From Pseudomonadota bacterium (lineage in GTDB: Bacteria > Chloroflexota > UBA6077 > JAJPGT01), in contig JAJPGT010000020.1 in assembly GCA_021325655.1 (NCBI GenBank), positions 1,590 through 65,589 of the forward strand: DNA of 64,000 nt, in the 5' to 3' direction. The position numbers were made by a program, and so were the translations under genes. The notes beneath the pieces were generated by a model that saw only the letters and a program-made list of their open reading frames with translations, searched no databases and was not told the origin of the DNA. Position 1 is the stretch's first letter; each line of letters begins with the position of its first letter. Of this stretch, positions 9,694-19,782 are shown piece by piece.

Positions 9694-11850
9694 CTACTCG
9701 GTCCAGGCGACGAGCTGGGGCGGCCCGGGCGCCCAGCGCGCCCCAGGAATCTCCGCCAGGTGCCGGTAGTGGTCCTCCACCTCGTTGTTGGGGTCGACCC
9801 GGGTGTACCAGGCGTACTTGGCGAGCCGCTGCTCGCGGGTCATGTAGCCGTAGTGCTTGAGCCGCACCGGCAGGTCGCGCGTGGCGCCGACCAGGCCCTG
9901 GGGGACGTTGCCGCAGTGGAAGTTGCCGCCGTACCCAGTCGGGACGAAGCGCAGCCGGCGCAGCGGCTGCCCGCGCAGGCGAAAGAAGGAGGGCCGGGCG
10001 AACTGGCCGTAGATGCCGTCCACCCGGATCTGCTCCGGCGTGTCCCAGACGTAGGCGACGCGCAGCCGGTACGCGGCCACGTCCTGGCCCTGCTCCGCCG
10101 CCTGGCGGAGTAGCTCGGGGCCGCTGCGCTCCAGCACCTCGTCGCCGTCGATCCAGAGCACCCACTCTGGGCTCAGCGCGATGATGCGTTGCAGCAGGAA
10201 GTTCTTGTCGCGCGCCTCGTCCAGCCCCTGGAACGGGGAGGGGATGACGGTCACCTGCTCGCCGAAGGCGGCGCAGATCGCCGCGGTGTCGTCGGTGGAG
10301 TGGTCGTCGAGCACCAGCACCCGGCCGCACAGCGGGAGGACGCGGGCGATCACCTCGTGGATGTGGGCCGCCTCGTTCTTCACCCGTAGCGCGGCGAGGA
10401 AGCGCGGGTCGCTGAGCGAGGCGCGGGCGGCCGGGGGGCTGCCCTCCGGCCAGCGCCAGCGCCAGAGCGTGCAGGAGGGGTCGTACTTCGGCCAGGGGCG
10501 CTGCCAGCCGCGCCGGATGTACTCCTCCGAGTACGAGCGCCAGGGCTCGCACGGGATGCGGTCTAGCAGGAACACCGGGAGGGCCGGGATGATCCAGCCG
10601 CGCACCAGCCGCTCGCCCTGGGCCATCTGCCACTCCTCCAGCCCGAACCACCTGTTGTAGGGTGTCGGACGGCTGCGGGCGAAGGCGCTGCGGCGGTATA
10701 GCCCCAGGCCGGAGATGAACGGGGCCGGGCTGTAGCTGCGGGGCAGGCTCGGGTCGTCGGCGTGGGGGTTCATCGCCTCGATCCCCAGCAGCGCCAGCTC
10801 CGGGTGGCGGTCCAGCACGTCCAGGCTCTGGCGAAGCCAGCCGGGCGGGAGCATCGCGTCGTTGTCGGTCTTGACCAGGATCGGGGCGCTGGCGGATTCG
10901 ATCCAGTGGCGCATCGCAGCGACGGGCGAGCCGAAGCGGGTGCGGACGAAGCGCGCCGGGGCCGGGACGCGAGCGACGGCCGCCTCCAGCCAGGCGTCGG
11001 TACCGTCCTCCGAGCCGTCGTCGTAGATAGACAGCCGCTGCACGGACTGCCAGTCGGTCGTCTCTAGCAGTGTGGTGAACGTCTCGCGGGTGAACTCCAG
11101 CCGGTTGCGCGCCAGGTAGAGCAGGTCCACGCGCCGCTCCCCGTCCATGGGCGTTCTCTCCTCCTGCTTCGCGGCCCACGCCTGGCGGCCGTCCCACTTG
11201 GCCCGGTACAGCCGGCGGTTCTGCTCGAACAGCGCCAGCAGGTCCGGCCGGGTGCGGAAGGTAGATGGCAGCGCCCCGTCGTGATCCACGACGCAGCCAT
11301 CCCACACCCCTAGCCGCAGCCCGGCGGCGAGCACGCGGGCGCAATAGTCGTTGTCCTCCCAGCCATAGCCGGTAAACCGCTCGTCCAGCGGCCCGACCTG
11401 CTGGTAGACTTCCCAGGGCAGGTAGACACAGACGAAGGCGAGCAGCCGTGGCTCCGGGCGGAAACGCGGCACCCGCGAGGCGAGCTGTCGCGGGTTGCCC
11501 ACCACCCCGCGCACGCCGGCCGAGAGGATACCGAGCCCCGGCTGGCGCCCCGCCTGCTCCGCCAGCAGCGACAGCCCGCGCGATGTCAGCAGCCGGGCGT
11601 CATCGTTGAGCAGGACGACGTCGGTACCCGCGGCGCCAATGCCCAGGTTGGCATTGCGGGCATAGACGAACGGCTTCGCCCCGTGCACCCAGCGCACACC
11701 CGGGAGCTGCGGCTCCGCCTCCGCCCGGGCGCCGTCGTCCACTACCAGGATCCGCTCCGGCGGCAGCTCCGGCTCGTGGGCCAGTACCGACCGGACGCAG
11801 GGGACCAGGTTGGCGGCCCGAGCAGAGAGGATGACGACCGAGAACGTCAC
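9694..11850 (-). CDS. Triple GT2 (GT-A) glycosyltransferase fusion
   Basis: GTG 11850 overlaps the upstream TGA. Domain 1: VVDDG, LLNDD, GWEDND. Domain 2: IYDDGSEDGT, KTDND. Domain 3: VKNEA, LDDHSTDDT, WIDGDE, LKHYGY. Confidence 0.85.
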   Translation of the reverse strand: MTFSVVILSARAANLVPCVRSVLAHEPELPPERILVVDDGARAEAEPQLPGVRWVHGAKPFVYARNANLGIGAAGTDVVLLNDDARLLTSRGLSLLAEQAGRQPGLGILSAGVRGVVGNPRQLASRVPRFRPEPRLLAFVCVYLPWEVYQQVGPLDERFTGYGWEDNDYCARVLAAGLRLGVWDGCVVDHDGALPSTFRTRPDLLALFEQNRRLYRAKWDGRQAWAAKQEERTPMDGERRVDLLYLARNRLEFTRETFTTLLETTDWQSVQRLSIYDDGSEDGTDAWLEAAVARVPAPARFVRTRFGSPVAAMRHWIESASAPILVKTDNDAMLPPGWLRQSLDVLDRHPELALLGIEAMNPHADDPSLPRSYSPAPFISGLGLYRRSAFARSRPTPYNRWFGLEEWQMAQGERLVRGWIIPALPVFLLDRIPCEPWRSYSEEYIRRGWQRPWPKYDPSCTLWRWRWPEGSPPAARASLSDPRFLAALRVKNEAAHIHEVIARVLPLCGRVLVLDDHSTDDTAAICAAFGEQVTVIPSPFQGLDEARDKNFLLQRIIALSPEWVLWIDGDEVLERSGPELLRQAAEQGQDVAAYRLRVAYVWDTPEQIRVDGIYGQFARPSFFRLRGQPLRRLRFVPTGYGGNFHCGNVPQGLVGATRDLPVRLKHYGYMTREQRLAKYAWYTRVDPNNEVEDHYRHLAEIPGARWAPGPPQLVAWTE

Positions 11851-13007
11851 GGCTTGACCGCCTGGAGCAGGATCGTCAGCCGCGGCCCATCTACGGTGCG
11901 GTCGATCCGCTCGCGCAGGGTACGGAACTTGGCCCGGATGCCGTAGTAGCTGGCGAACCGCTCGCGGTAGGGGTTGCCGGCTTCGTAGTACAGGAAGCTG
12001 CGGCGGTTCCAGAACGAGACGTGCGTCGGGTCTTGCCAGGCGCCAGGCCCATCGGTAGTTGGGACGGCGATCTCGACGGTGCCGCCCGGCGCCAGCACCC
12101 GCCAGAGCTCGTTCATGGTGTGGATCTTGTCCGGCAGATGCTCGACGATGTCCCAGGCACGGACGTGCTCCACCGAGTCGTCCAGCCAGGGCCAGGGCTC
12201 GCGCAGGTCCACCACCTCGGTGCTCGGCCCGGGGACGATGTCCACGTTCAGGTAGCCATCCAGTGGCGCATCGCAGCTCCCGAGATTCAGTTTCATCGGC
12301 CCTCCTCGTAGCGCCGGTTGCGCTGGCGCCAGCTCGTCCCAAGCATCCTCGCCCACGATCGCCCGCAGGTCGCCCGGCCAGCGCGACCAGTACGGGCCGC
12401 GCAGCCGCTTCGGGTAGGTGTTGCCGGGGTGGATCAGCGCGACGTAGAGCGTCAGGTCCTCCAGCGTCGCCACCCGCGCCCGCGGCCGGGCCCAGACGAA
12501 GCGGCTGTCCTCGCCCACCTGCACAGAAGGAAACGGCGATCGGCACCATGATTCGCGCCGGTACAGCAGCGAGCCGCCGATCAGCACCGGGCGCGGCCCG
12601 GCCGGGTACGCGTACAGCCAGGTCTCGCCTGTGCCCAGGTGGTGGAACAGCATCCTCCGCTGCCCGCACAGCTCGGCATCGGCCCGCAGCAGCGCCTGCA
12701 CCTGGGTGCTGATTCGGCGCGAGGCCATCCAGTCGTCGTCGTCCCAGTGCAGGATCAGCTCGCCGCGACTGTGCTCCACGCACCGGTTGCGCTTCGCCCC
12801 CACGGTCTGGCGTCCCTCCAACCGGACGTAGCGCAGTCGCGGGTCCTCGGGCACGAGATCGGCGATCGGGTCCGCGCCGTCGTCCACGATCACCAGCTCG
12901 CGCGGCTCGTAGTCCTGGGCCAGAAAGCGGCGGATCGCCTGTGGGACGAACGGGCGCCGGTCGGCGGTCGGCATGATGCAGGAGACGAGCGGGCGGGTGG
13001 CGGACAT
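11847..13007 (-). CDS. GT2 glycosyltransferase fused to a class I SAM methyltransferase
   Basis: PLVSCIMPT, IVDDG, VGAKRN, HWDDDDW, VGED; then MKLNLGSC...GYLNVD...DIVEHL...ELWRVLAPGG...WQDPTH. Confidence 0.88.
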   Translation of the reverse strand: MSATRPLVSCIMPTADRRPFVPQAIRRFLAQDYEPRELVIVDDGADPIADLVPEDPRLRYVRLEGRQTVGAKRNRCVEHSRGELILHWDDDDWMASRRISTQVQALLRADAELCGQRRMLFHHLGTGETWLYAYPAGPRPVLIGGSLLYRRESWCRSPFPSVQVGEDSRFVWARPRARVATLEDLTLYVALIHPGNTYPKRLRGPYWSRWPGDLRAIVGEDAWDELAPAQPALRGGPMKLNLGSCDAPLDGYLNVDIVPGPSTEVVDLREPWPWLDDSVEHVRAWDIVEHLPDKIHTMNELWRVLAPGGTVEIAVPTTDGPGAWQDPTHVSFWNRRSFLYYEAGNPYRERFASYYGIRAKFRTLRERIDRTVDGPRLTILLQAVKP

Positions 13008-16000
13008 CAGAAGAACTCCAGCAGGTGGCCCTCACGGAGCGCACGCTCCAGCCGCGCCAGTGCCTCCTCCGCGGTGATCCCCTTGCTCTGCAGGGCGGTG
13101 CGCACCCAGGGCCGAGAGAGCACACCCCGCATCATGCTTTCGATCGCCGGCTGGCTGGAGAGCGCGTCGCGGCTAATGACCCAGCGCAATTGGCTGAAGC
13201 TCGTCTCGGCGTGGAGCACGACGTCGCGGGCGAACTCGTCCGCAGCGGCCTCCGCCGGGGCGCCGCCAAACCCCAGCCAGTACTTGAACTCGTAGGAGAT
13301 CCCGCCAGCGTACAGGTCGTAAACGCGGCTGCGCCCGGCGACGGAGACGGGGTGCTCGAACGCGGTGATCGCTCCGACGTTCCGCACCGTGACGTAGTTG
13401 AGCGTGAGGCTGGCGCCCATGGTCGTGCTCTCGCCGGCCGCCAGCCCGCTGATCAGCCGCTCCAGGTGGATGTTCGCGCCGTAGACCCGCTCGGCCTGGC
13501 CGAGCGCCTTGAACACATTGAGCGCCGCCTCATGGCTGCTGGAGAAAGCGCGATAGATGCCGCTGATCTTGGCCGCAGCATCCGGGCCGTGGAGCCGGGA
13601 GATGGCCGCGATCCCATCGGCCAGGTCCGGCGAAACCGCGCGTAGCGCCGCCGGGTTGGCCAGCGCCCAGCGGGCGAACAGGTTACCGCGCAGCCCCACG
13701 GTGCCGGTCGCTTGCAGCACCCGCTCAGCGGCGGGCAGCGTAGTGATCCGGGCGGCGACCTCGTCCAGCAGCCCAGGAATATGCTGCCCGCCGCGTTCGA
13801 ACCCCTCCAGCAGCACGTTCGCCGCCCGGGAGGCGGTGGACTGGCGCGCGACGCGGGCGAGCAGCTCCTCGCTGAGGGTGATGTTCTCGCGCGCGACCGT
13901 CTCGTACAGGCCGCGGCTGACGCGGTTGAGCACGGCCGGCAGGTCGCTGACCCGCGCCAGGCTGGGGCCGAGCTGCGCGGCCAACTGGTTGATCCCCTGC
14001 GCCGCCTCGGCCGACTCGCTCGCGGTGGTGGCGATGAAGCGCAGCTCGCCATCGGTCGCCCCGCGCAGCGCCGCGCGCAGCTCGGCCGAGAGCTGCACCA
14101 GCCCGCCAAGTTGCGCAACAGTCAGGAAGGTGTGGCTGAACTCGCGCTGCACTCCCTGCAGCGTTTCGCTCAACTGCCTGGCGTAGGTGCGGCCCAGCAG
14201 CTCGGCCAGCCCGGCGATGGAGCGGCCGCCCTGCGTGGTGCCCTGCATCAGCCGGCGGTAGGCCTCGCTGGCGCTGCGGGCGCGTTGGACGAAGGCGGCT
14301 AGCTCCTCGCTGACCTCGACGCCCTCGCGGCCGAGCTGGGCGAGCACCCCCTCCTCCGCCTGGTTCAGCACGTACAGCAGATGGCCGGGACGCAGCTTGC
14401 CCTGGAGCTTGTTGATCCCGGCCGCCACCTCCTCCGAGCGCGCCGCCCAGAGCGCCACGCGCTCGACCAGGATCGGCTGATCGGCGCCGGTTTGCTTCAG
14501 CACCGCCAGCACCTCGGGGGTCAGGCGCCGCAGCCCAATCAGGTGCTGCTCAGTCAGCTCCACCCCGGCGAAGAACTCCTGTGCCGCTCGCAGGTCCGTC
14601 GTCGCGAAGCTCGCGGCGATCGCGGTGCGCTCCGCCACCGGGAGGCGCTGGAGCATCAGCTCGAAGACGTGGCGCGCCTGCTGGATCTGCGCCGCGGTCA
14701 GCCGACCCTCGCGGAGCGCGTCGCCGAGCGTGTCGACGACCCGCAGCGTCGCCCGCTCGCTCTGGAAGACGCCCGCAGCGAGCATCAAGCGCTGCGCCTC
14801 GGCCCGGGCCAGGCCGGCGCTGGTCAGGCTGGCGACGCCCTCGGAGAAGGCGGCGGTTCCACGGACGACGCGAGCGCCAGTGCGCAGGACCGGCACGACG
14901 CTGAGCAGCACGGTGAGGCCGACCAGGCCCTTCTCCCAGCCGCTCATCTCGTCCCAGTGCTCGTAGGCGTGCTTCACCGCCAGGCCCGCCTGGGCCAGGG
15001 CATAGAGCGGGCCGATGATCGGGATGAAGCTGATCCCGACGTCCAGCACGATCTGCGCGATCGGCACCCAGGGAGCGGCCGAGACGCCCGCGTAGGCGAA
15101 GGGGTAGACGCGCAGGTAGTTCTGGATGTCGGAGATCGGGACCATGTAGTAGAAGTCCCGACCGACCCGCTTCCGGCTGACGTAGGCGAAGACGCCGTCC
15201 TGGGTGTAGTAGGTGAAGTTCAGCGGCCGGCCATACTCCTTGTTCGGCTCGAAGATGCCTCCGGTGAGGCCGAGGATCGTCAGCGGCCGCAGGTTGCCCC
15301 CCTGGAGCAGGGTGCGGAAGGCCTCTTCCCCGATCTCGTACGAGGGCGGCAGCGGCAGCTCCAGCTCATCGGGGCTGGGCGCGCGGGGCTGCGGCGGCGC
15401 GGTGACCGTCTGGGTGATCCAGACCAGCCCGCGTCGATTGGCGCGCAGCGCCCGCAGCTCGTCGATCCCCGCGCCTTGCGCGATCAGGGGGATGACCGTA
15501 GGTGTCGTCCCGGTTCCTAGGTCGATGACGTCCTCGGGTCGGTAGTTGCCGTCCGGTCCCCAGCGGTAGAGGTAGAACCCGGCGTCGGCCGTGTTGATCG
15601 TGGAGGGGTAGACGAACGTGCCCCGCCCCAGCACTTCGACCTCCGTCCGGTCCTCCTTGACAGTGGCCCACAGGGTCACCTGGTCGAGATCCGGCGCGAG
15701 CTGGGGGAAGAGGAGCCGGGCGTTCGCGGCCGCCTGCTGTAGCGGGCTGGGGGCGGTCGTCGTTGGCGCCTGCCGCTGGATCACGGCGCGAGCAGGTGCG
15801 CCGCGGCGGGCAAACTGCTGGACCACGTGGGTCAGCTCGTGGGCCAGTAGCCGCCGGCCGGCGCTGGTCTCGGGGGCAAGCTGGCCGGCGCCGAAGACCA
15901 GGTGCGGGCCAACAGCGAAGGCACGGGCGTTCAGGCTGCGGGCCGCGGCATTGGCCTGGGCATCAGCGTGCAGCCGCACCGGGCCGAAGTCCTGCCCGAA

Positions 16001-16399
16001 ATGCGCCTCCATCTCGGCTCGCACCCCGGCGGGTAGGGGTCGCCCACCGCCGAGCCCCTGGATGACCGCGTGAGCTGCCGCGGGTAGGGGCGGCCCGAGC
16101 AGCCGGCTGGGGCGGACGGCCGGGCGCCCGGTGCCTGGCGGCTCAGCGCGCGCGGGCGCCGGCGTGACTGCCTCGGCGACCCGGTCCGCCTCCTGTTCCG
16201 CCTCGTCGCCCGGCTGGCTCACCGCCAGCTTGGGCTGAAGGTGCCCCGCGGCTAGCAGGTTGGAGGGCAGGCCATCGCCCCAGGGAGTGGTCCAGGCTGG
16301 CGGGCGGGCGGGTGCGGCGGCGCGCGCTGCCGCCGGCTGTGTCTCAGCCCCCCGGGGTGTTGGGGTTCGCGCGTGGCTCCGGTCTGCGACCGCGTACAT
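13007..16399 (-). CDS. DUF4157 (eCIS core) cargo protein, polymorphic toxin-like, with a putative C-terminal PD-(D/E)xK nuclease
   Basis: [22 protein letters not shown]; [15 protein letters not shown]...ARAFAVG...[12 protein letters not shown]; hydrophobic [10 protein letters not shown] segment; C-terminal FEHPV...VYDL...YEFKYW. Confidence 0.85.
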   Translation of the reverse strand: MYAVADRSHARTPTPRGAETQPAAARAAAPARPPAWTTPWGDGLPSNLLAAGHLQPKLAVSQPGDEAEQEADRVAEAVTPAPARAEPPGTGRPAVRPSRLLGPPLPAAAHAVIQGLGGGRPLPAGVRAEMEAHFGQDFGPVRLHADAQANAAARSLNARAFAVGPHLVFGAGQLAPETSAGRRLLAHELTHVVQQFARRGAPARAVIQRQAPTTTAPSPLQQAAANARLLFPQLAPDLDQVTLWATVKEDRTEVEVLGRGTFVYPSTINTADAGFYLYRWGPDGNYRPEDVIDLGTGTTPTVIPLIAQGAGIDELRALRANRRGLVWITQTVTAPPQPRAPSPDELELPLPPSYEIGEEAFRTLLQGGNLRPLTILGLTGGIFEPNKEYGRPLNFTYYTQDGVFAYVSRKRVGRDFYYMVPISDIQNYLRVYPFAYAGVSAAPWVPIAQIVLDVGISFIPIIGPLYALAQAGLAVKHAYEHWDEMSGWEKGLVGLTVLLSVVPVLRTGARVVRGTAAFSEGVASLTSAGLARAEAQRLMLAAGVFQSERATLRVVDTLGDALREGRLTAAQIQQARHVFELMLQRLPVAERTAIAASFATTDLRAAQEFFAGVELTEQHLIGLRRLTPEVLAVLKQTGADQPILVERVALWAARSEEVAAGINKLQGKLRPGHLLYVLNQAEEGVLAQLGREGVEVSEELAAFVQRARSASEAYRRLMQGTTQGGRSIAGLAELLGRTYARQLSETLQGVQREFSHTFLTVAQLGGLVQLSAELRAALRGATDGELRFIATTASESAEAAQGINQLAAQLGPSLARVSDLPAVLNRVSRGLYETVARENITLSEELLARVARQSTASRAANVLLEGFERGGQHIPGLLDEVAARITTLPAAERVLQATGTVGLRGNLFARWALANPAALRAVSPDLADGIAAISRLHGPDAAAKISGIYRAFSSSHEAALNVFKALGQAERVYGANIHLERLISGLAAGESTTMGASLTLNYVTVRNVGAITAFEHPVSVAGRSRVYDLYAGGISYEFKYWLGFGGAPAEAAADEFARDVVLHAETSFSQLRWVISRDALSSQPAIESMMRGVLSRPWVRTALQSKGITAEEALARLERALREGHLLEFF

Positions 16400-16520
16400 G
16401 GTGCTACCCGCCCGACCGGGCGCTCAGGAGCGCCGGGCGTGCGGCAGGCCGAACCACGCTCCGGCTGGCGACGCCCGCACTGGATCCCTGGCCCACCATC
16501 CCCTCATCCCCTCCGGGCTG

Positions 16521-17591
16521 CTAGACGGCGACCATCCCGCCGCGGCGCTCGAACGGCACCCGGGCGCAGCCTTCGCCGGCCCGCACCCGTTCTACCCGCG
16601 CCCGGAAGCTGGCGCTGCGCGCCAGGCGATCGGCGATCATCTGCAGGAAGCTGGCGCGAATGGAGTCCCAGAGGAACTGCGCAACGCTCATCAGGTACGT
16701 CTCGCGGTCGACGCCGGCCGGCTGCTGGGCAATGATCTGCGCGAACGCCCTGTTCCCCTGGTACTGGATCAGGTAGTTCAGCAGGATGCGCGGGCGGTCG
16801 TACTCCCCAACACCAGCCAGGCAGGCCCAGGTCTCCTCCTCCCGCACGGGCCGGATCATAAGGGCCTCGATCGCCCACTGGATCTGTGGGGTAACGTTGA
16901 AGGTAAAGCTGGTCGGCGTGCCACCGCCCGCGCCACCGCCGGGCGTCTGCCGCTGGACGCTCGCCGGGCCGTGTCCTTGCTGCACCACGTGCGCGAGCTC
17001 GTGGGCGAGCAGCCGCTGTCCGGCGCCCGTCTGGGGCGCGTACTGGCCCGAGCCAAAGACGATATCCGGCCCCACGGTGTAGGCCAGCGCCCCGATCGAG
17101 CGCGCCGCCTGGGCGGCGGCGGGGTCGGCGTGTACCCGTACCGCCCCGAAGTCTGCACCAAAGCGCGGCTCGAAGAAGCGCCGCACCCCGGCAGGCAAGG
17201 GCTGGCCCTGACCGACCTCGGTGGCAGCGCGCGGTACCAGCGCGGGAGTGTGCCCGCACGCCAGGCACTCCCCGCTGGGCCCGGTCGGGCTGCCCGGGCA
17301 GCGCTGGACCACCGATAGCGCGGGCTGCGCTGCCGAGGGATCCACCTGCCGCGTGACTTGCTCGGCGACCCGCTCCGCCTCGAGTTCGGCAGGATCACCT
17401 GGCTGGCTGACCGCCAGGTGTGGCTGGACGTGCCGCACGATCGGGAAAAGAGCAGCGGGCGGATGGTCGCCCCAGGCGGCCGCCCAGCCCGGTGACCGGG
17501 CTGGGGCATACCCGTGGGCGGGCGCTGGCATGGCCTGGTGCTCGCGCTCTGGCCGCTCCGGGGTGCGCATCCGCTGGATCATGACGTACAT
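16521..17591 (-). CDS. DUF4157 (eCIS core) cargo protein with a short unknown C-terminal domain
   Basis: [25 protein letters not shown]...ECLAC, FFEPRFGADFGAVRVH, LLAHELAHVVQQ. Confidence 0.88.
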   Translation of the reverse strand: MYVMIQRMRTPERPEREHQAMPAPAHGYAPARSPGWAAAWGDHPPAALFPIVRHVQPHLAVSQPGDPAELEAERVAEQVTRQVDPSAAQPALSVVQRCPGSPTGPSGECLACGHTPALVPRAATEVGQGQPLPAGVRRFFEPRFGADFGAVRVHADPAAAQAARSIGALAYTVGPDIVFGSGQYAPQTGAGQRLLAHELAHVVQQGHGPASVQRQTPGGGAGGGTPTSFTFNVTPQIQWAIEALMIRPVREEETWACLAGVGEYDRPRILLNYLIQYQGNRAFAQIIAQQPAGVDRETYLMSVAQFLWDSIRASFLQMIADRLARSASFRARVERVRAGEGCARVPFERRGGMVAV

Positions 17592-17607
17592 CTCGTCCCT
17601 CCTGCCC

Positions 17608-19782
17608 CTAGCTTAGCGCGACCACAAGCTGGCGCAGCCGGCCGAGATGGCCGCTGCCGGGCGCTTCGGCACGCAGCGGGCAGGCGGCGCCAGCGCGGCG
17701 GTATTCGCGGCGCACCGCGGCGTCCAGGTGGACGTCGCCGACCGGGACAGCATCCTGCAGCGCCAGCAGCGTGGCCTGAAGCGCGGCGTTACGGATCTGG
17801 CCGCCGTTCAGGGCACAGCGGCCAGCGACCTCCTCCAGGAAGGCGAAGCTGATTGCGTTCGGGGAGGGCAAGTGGGAGTGCCAGATCTGCCAGCGCTCCA
17901 GCGGCCCGGGCGGAATGAATTCGACGATAGTGTCCAGCCGGCGCAGGAAAGCCGGGTCGATGCGCTGGCCGGCGTTGGTGGTGACGATGACGATCCCCTC
18001 GTAACTCTCCAGCCGCTGAAGCAGATAGTTGGTTTCCAGGTTGGCGTAGCGGTCGTTGGCGGTGCGCACCTCGGTACGGCTGGCCATCAGCGCGTCGCCC
18101 TCGTCCAGCAGCAGCACCACGTCCAGCTCCTCCGCCCGCGACAGCACCTGGTTCAGGTTGCGCTCCGTCTCCCCGATGTACTTGTTCACCACCGCCGCCA
18201 GGTCCACGCGGTAGATGTCCATCTCCAGCTCCGCCGCCAGCGCCCGCGCCGCCAGCGTCTTGCCAGTACCGCTCGGGCCACTGAACAGCGCCCGCACCCC
18301 GCGGTTGAGCTGGCGCTCGAAGGCCGGGCCGGCCCGGTCGCGCAGCGTCTCCCGCTCGCGGACGCGCGCTTCTAGCGCCTCTAACTCGTGGGCAGTGGCG
18401 CTGCCGACCACCAGGTCAGACCAGCCACGGGCCGGCTCCAGCGGGGTGGCGAGCGTCTCCAGCGCCTGGCGGTTCAGCGCCCGGGTCGCCTGATGCACGT
18501 CGGCCACGGTCAGCGCCGGGCGGCCGTCGAGGGCGGCGATCGCCGCGGCGATGGCGGCGGCGCGGCTGATGTGCCCGCCGGTCAGCAGGAAGCGCCTGGC
18601 GATCTCATCCAGCTCCCCTGGAGCGATCGGGGCGCCGGACGCTTCCCAGAACTGCCGCCGGGCGGGGCGGTCGGGCGGCGGGAGCGAGAGGCTGAGCGCC
18701 CGCTCCAGCAGCGGCCCGCGCAGGCCACCGCTCTGCCCGAGGGTGATGCCGACTGGCCCGGCGTAGCCGGGCAGCGCCGGCAGCTCCAGCGTCTCGCCGG
18801 GGCCAGGATCGCCGCGCAGGACCGGCATCGCTCCGAGCACGGTGGCGAGCGGCCCGAGCAGCCGCCAGGAGGGATCGGTGGACGAGACGCCTTCGGCGAG
18901 CAGCACGTCCCGCCCCAAAACGCGGGCGATGGAGCCCAGCAGGGTGCGCCGCCCGCTCCCGGCCATCCCGCGCAGCACAATGGTCCGCACCTGGCCGCTT
19001 TCCAGCAGCCAGGGGAGCTGGGCCGCTCGCTCACGCAGCGCTGGCGGCAGGATCAGGTCGGCGAGATCCGGGAAGCCGCTGGCAGCCTGGCGCATCAGCC
19101 CGGGCGCCGGGGAGGGGGCAGGGTGGCCGCGCAGGGCGTCCCAGAGCGCTGCTGGGGGACGCAGCAGCCACTCGCCGCGGGGACCCTCGCGGTTCTCAGC
19201 CAGCAGCAGCCCCTGGTCGAGCAGCGGCTGGCAGAGCGGCCACAGGTCGCCGGGCGGCTCGCCCGGCTCGGCCAGCAGCCAGCCGAGCAGGCCCAGGCAG
19301 GGCCGGCGCGCGGCCAGCGGCTCCTGGAGCGCCGCGAACAGCGCCCCGAAGCGGATATCCTCCTCCACCAGCCCGGCGGCGAGCAGCAGTCGGACCTGGG
19401 CGCGCTCGAGCTCCAGGTCGTCCTCGACGGCGCTCAGCGGCAGGTGCCCGCCGGCCTGGGCCTGCCAGCGGTCGATCTGCTCCTCCCACCAGGCGAGCTG
19501 CAGTACCGGTGGGGGCTCGCAACCCTGCAGGCGGATGAGGGTGGCGCGATAGCCATCCAGGAAGGGGAAGCGGGCGGAGACGCTGTCGGACTCCTCGCCC
19601 TCCAGCCGGTCCAGCAGCCGGCCGAGCCCGTGCAGCAGGCGCGCCTCTGTGCCGGCTCCACCGCCAAGTCCGAGGTTGGCGAGCAGGCGCGCCACGACGG
19701 CGAACAGGTGCAGCCGGAAGTGCCCGGCGGCACCGGGCGGCAGCTCGGCCAGGGTCGCGGCCGGCCGCCCGTCAGCGTCCAT
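17608..19782 (-). CDS. eCIS AAA+ ATPase (Afp15/Pvc15-like)
   Basis: Degenerate first Walker A (GMAGSGRRT); active module GPSGTGKT, VVNKYIGETERNL, LLLDEGD, DRYANLETNYLLQRLE, AFLRR; start at ATG 19782. Confidence 0.93.
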   Translation of the reverse strand: MDADGRPAATLAELPPGAAGHFRLHLFAVVARLLANLGLGGGAGTEARLLHGLGRLLDRLEGEESDSVSARFPFLDGYRATLIRLQGCEPPPVLQLAWWEEQIDRWQAQAGGHLPLSAVEDDLELERAQVRLLLAAGLVEEDIRFGALFAALQEPLAARRPCLGLLGWLLAEPGEPPGDLWPLCQPLLDQGLLLAENREGPRGEWLLRPPAALWDALRGHPAPSPAPGLMRQAASGFPDLADLILPPALRERAAQLPWLLESGQVRTIVLRGMAGSGRRTLLGSIARVLGRDVLLAEGVSSTDPSWRLLGPLATVLGAMPVLRGDPGPGETLELPALPGYAGPVGITLGQSGGLRGPLLERALSLSLPPPDRPARRQFWEASGAPIAPGELDEIARRFLLTGGHISRAAAIAAAIAALDGRPALTVADVHQATRALNRQALETLATPLEPARGWSDLVVGSATAHELEALEARVRERETLRDRAGPAFERQLNRGVRALFSGPSGTGKTLAARALAAELEMDIYRVDLAAVVNKYIGETERNLNQVLSRAEELDVVLLLDEGDALMASRTEVRTANDRYANLETNYLLQRLESYEGIVIVTTNAGQRIDPAFLRRLDTIVEFIPPGPLERWQIWHSHLPSPNAISFAFLEEVAGRCALNGGQIRNAALQATLLALQDAVPVGDVHLDAAVRREYRRAGAACPLRAEAPGSGHLGRLRQLVVALS

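Noticed and set aside
9694-13125. 1143-aa ORF as a single protein
   Set aside because: The first ~425 codons overlap the GT2-methyltransferase gene in another frame and read as Arg/Pro/Gly-rich noise; the credible start is GTG 11850.
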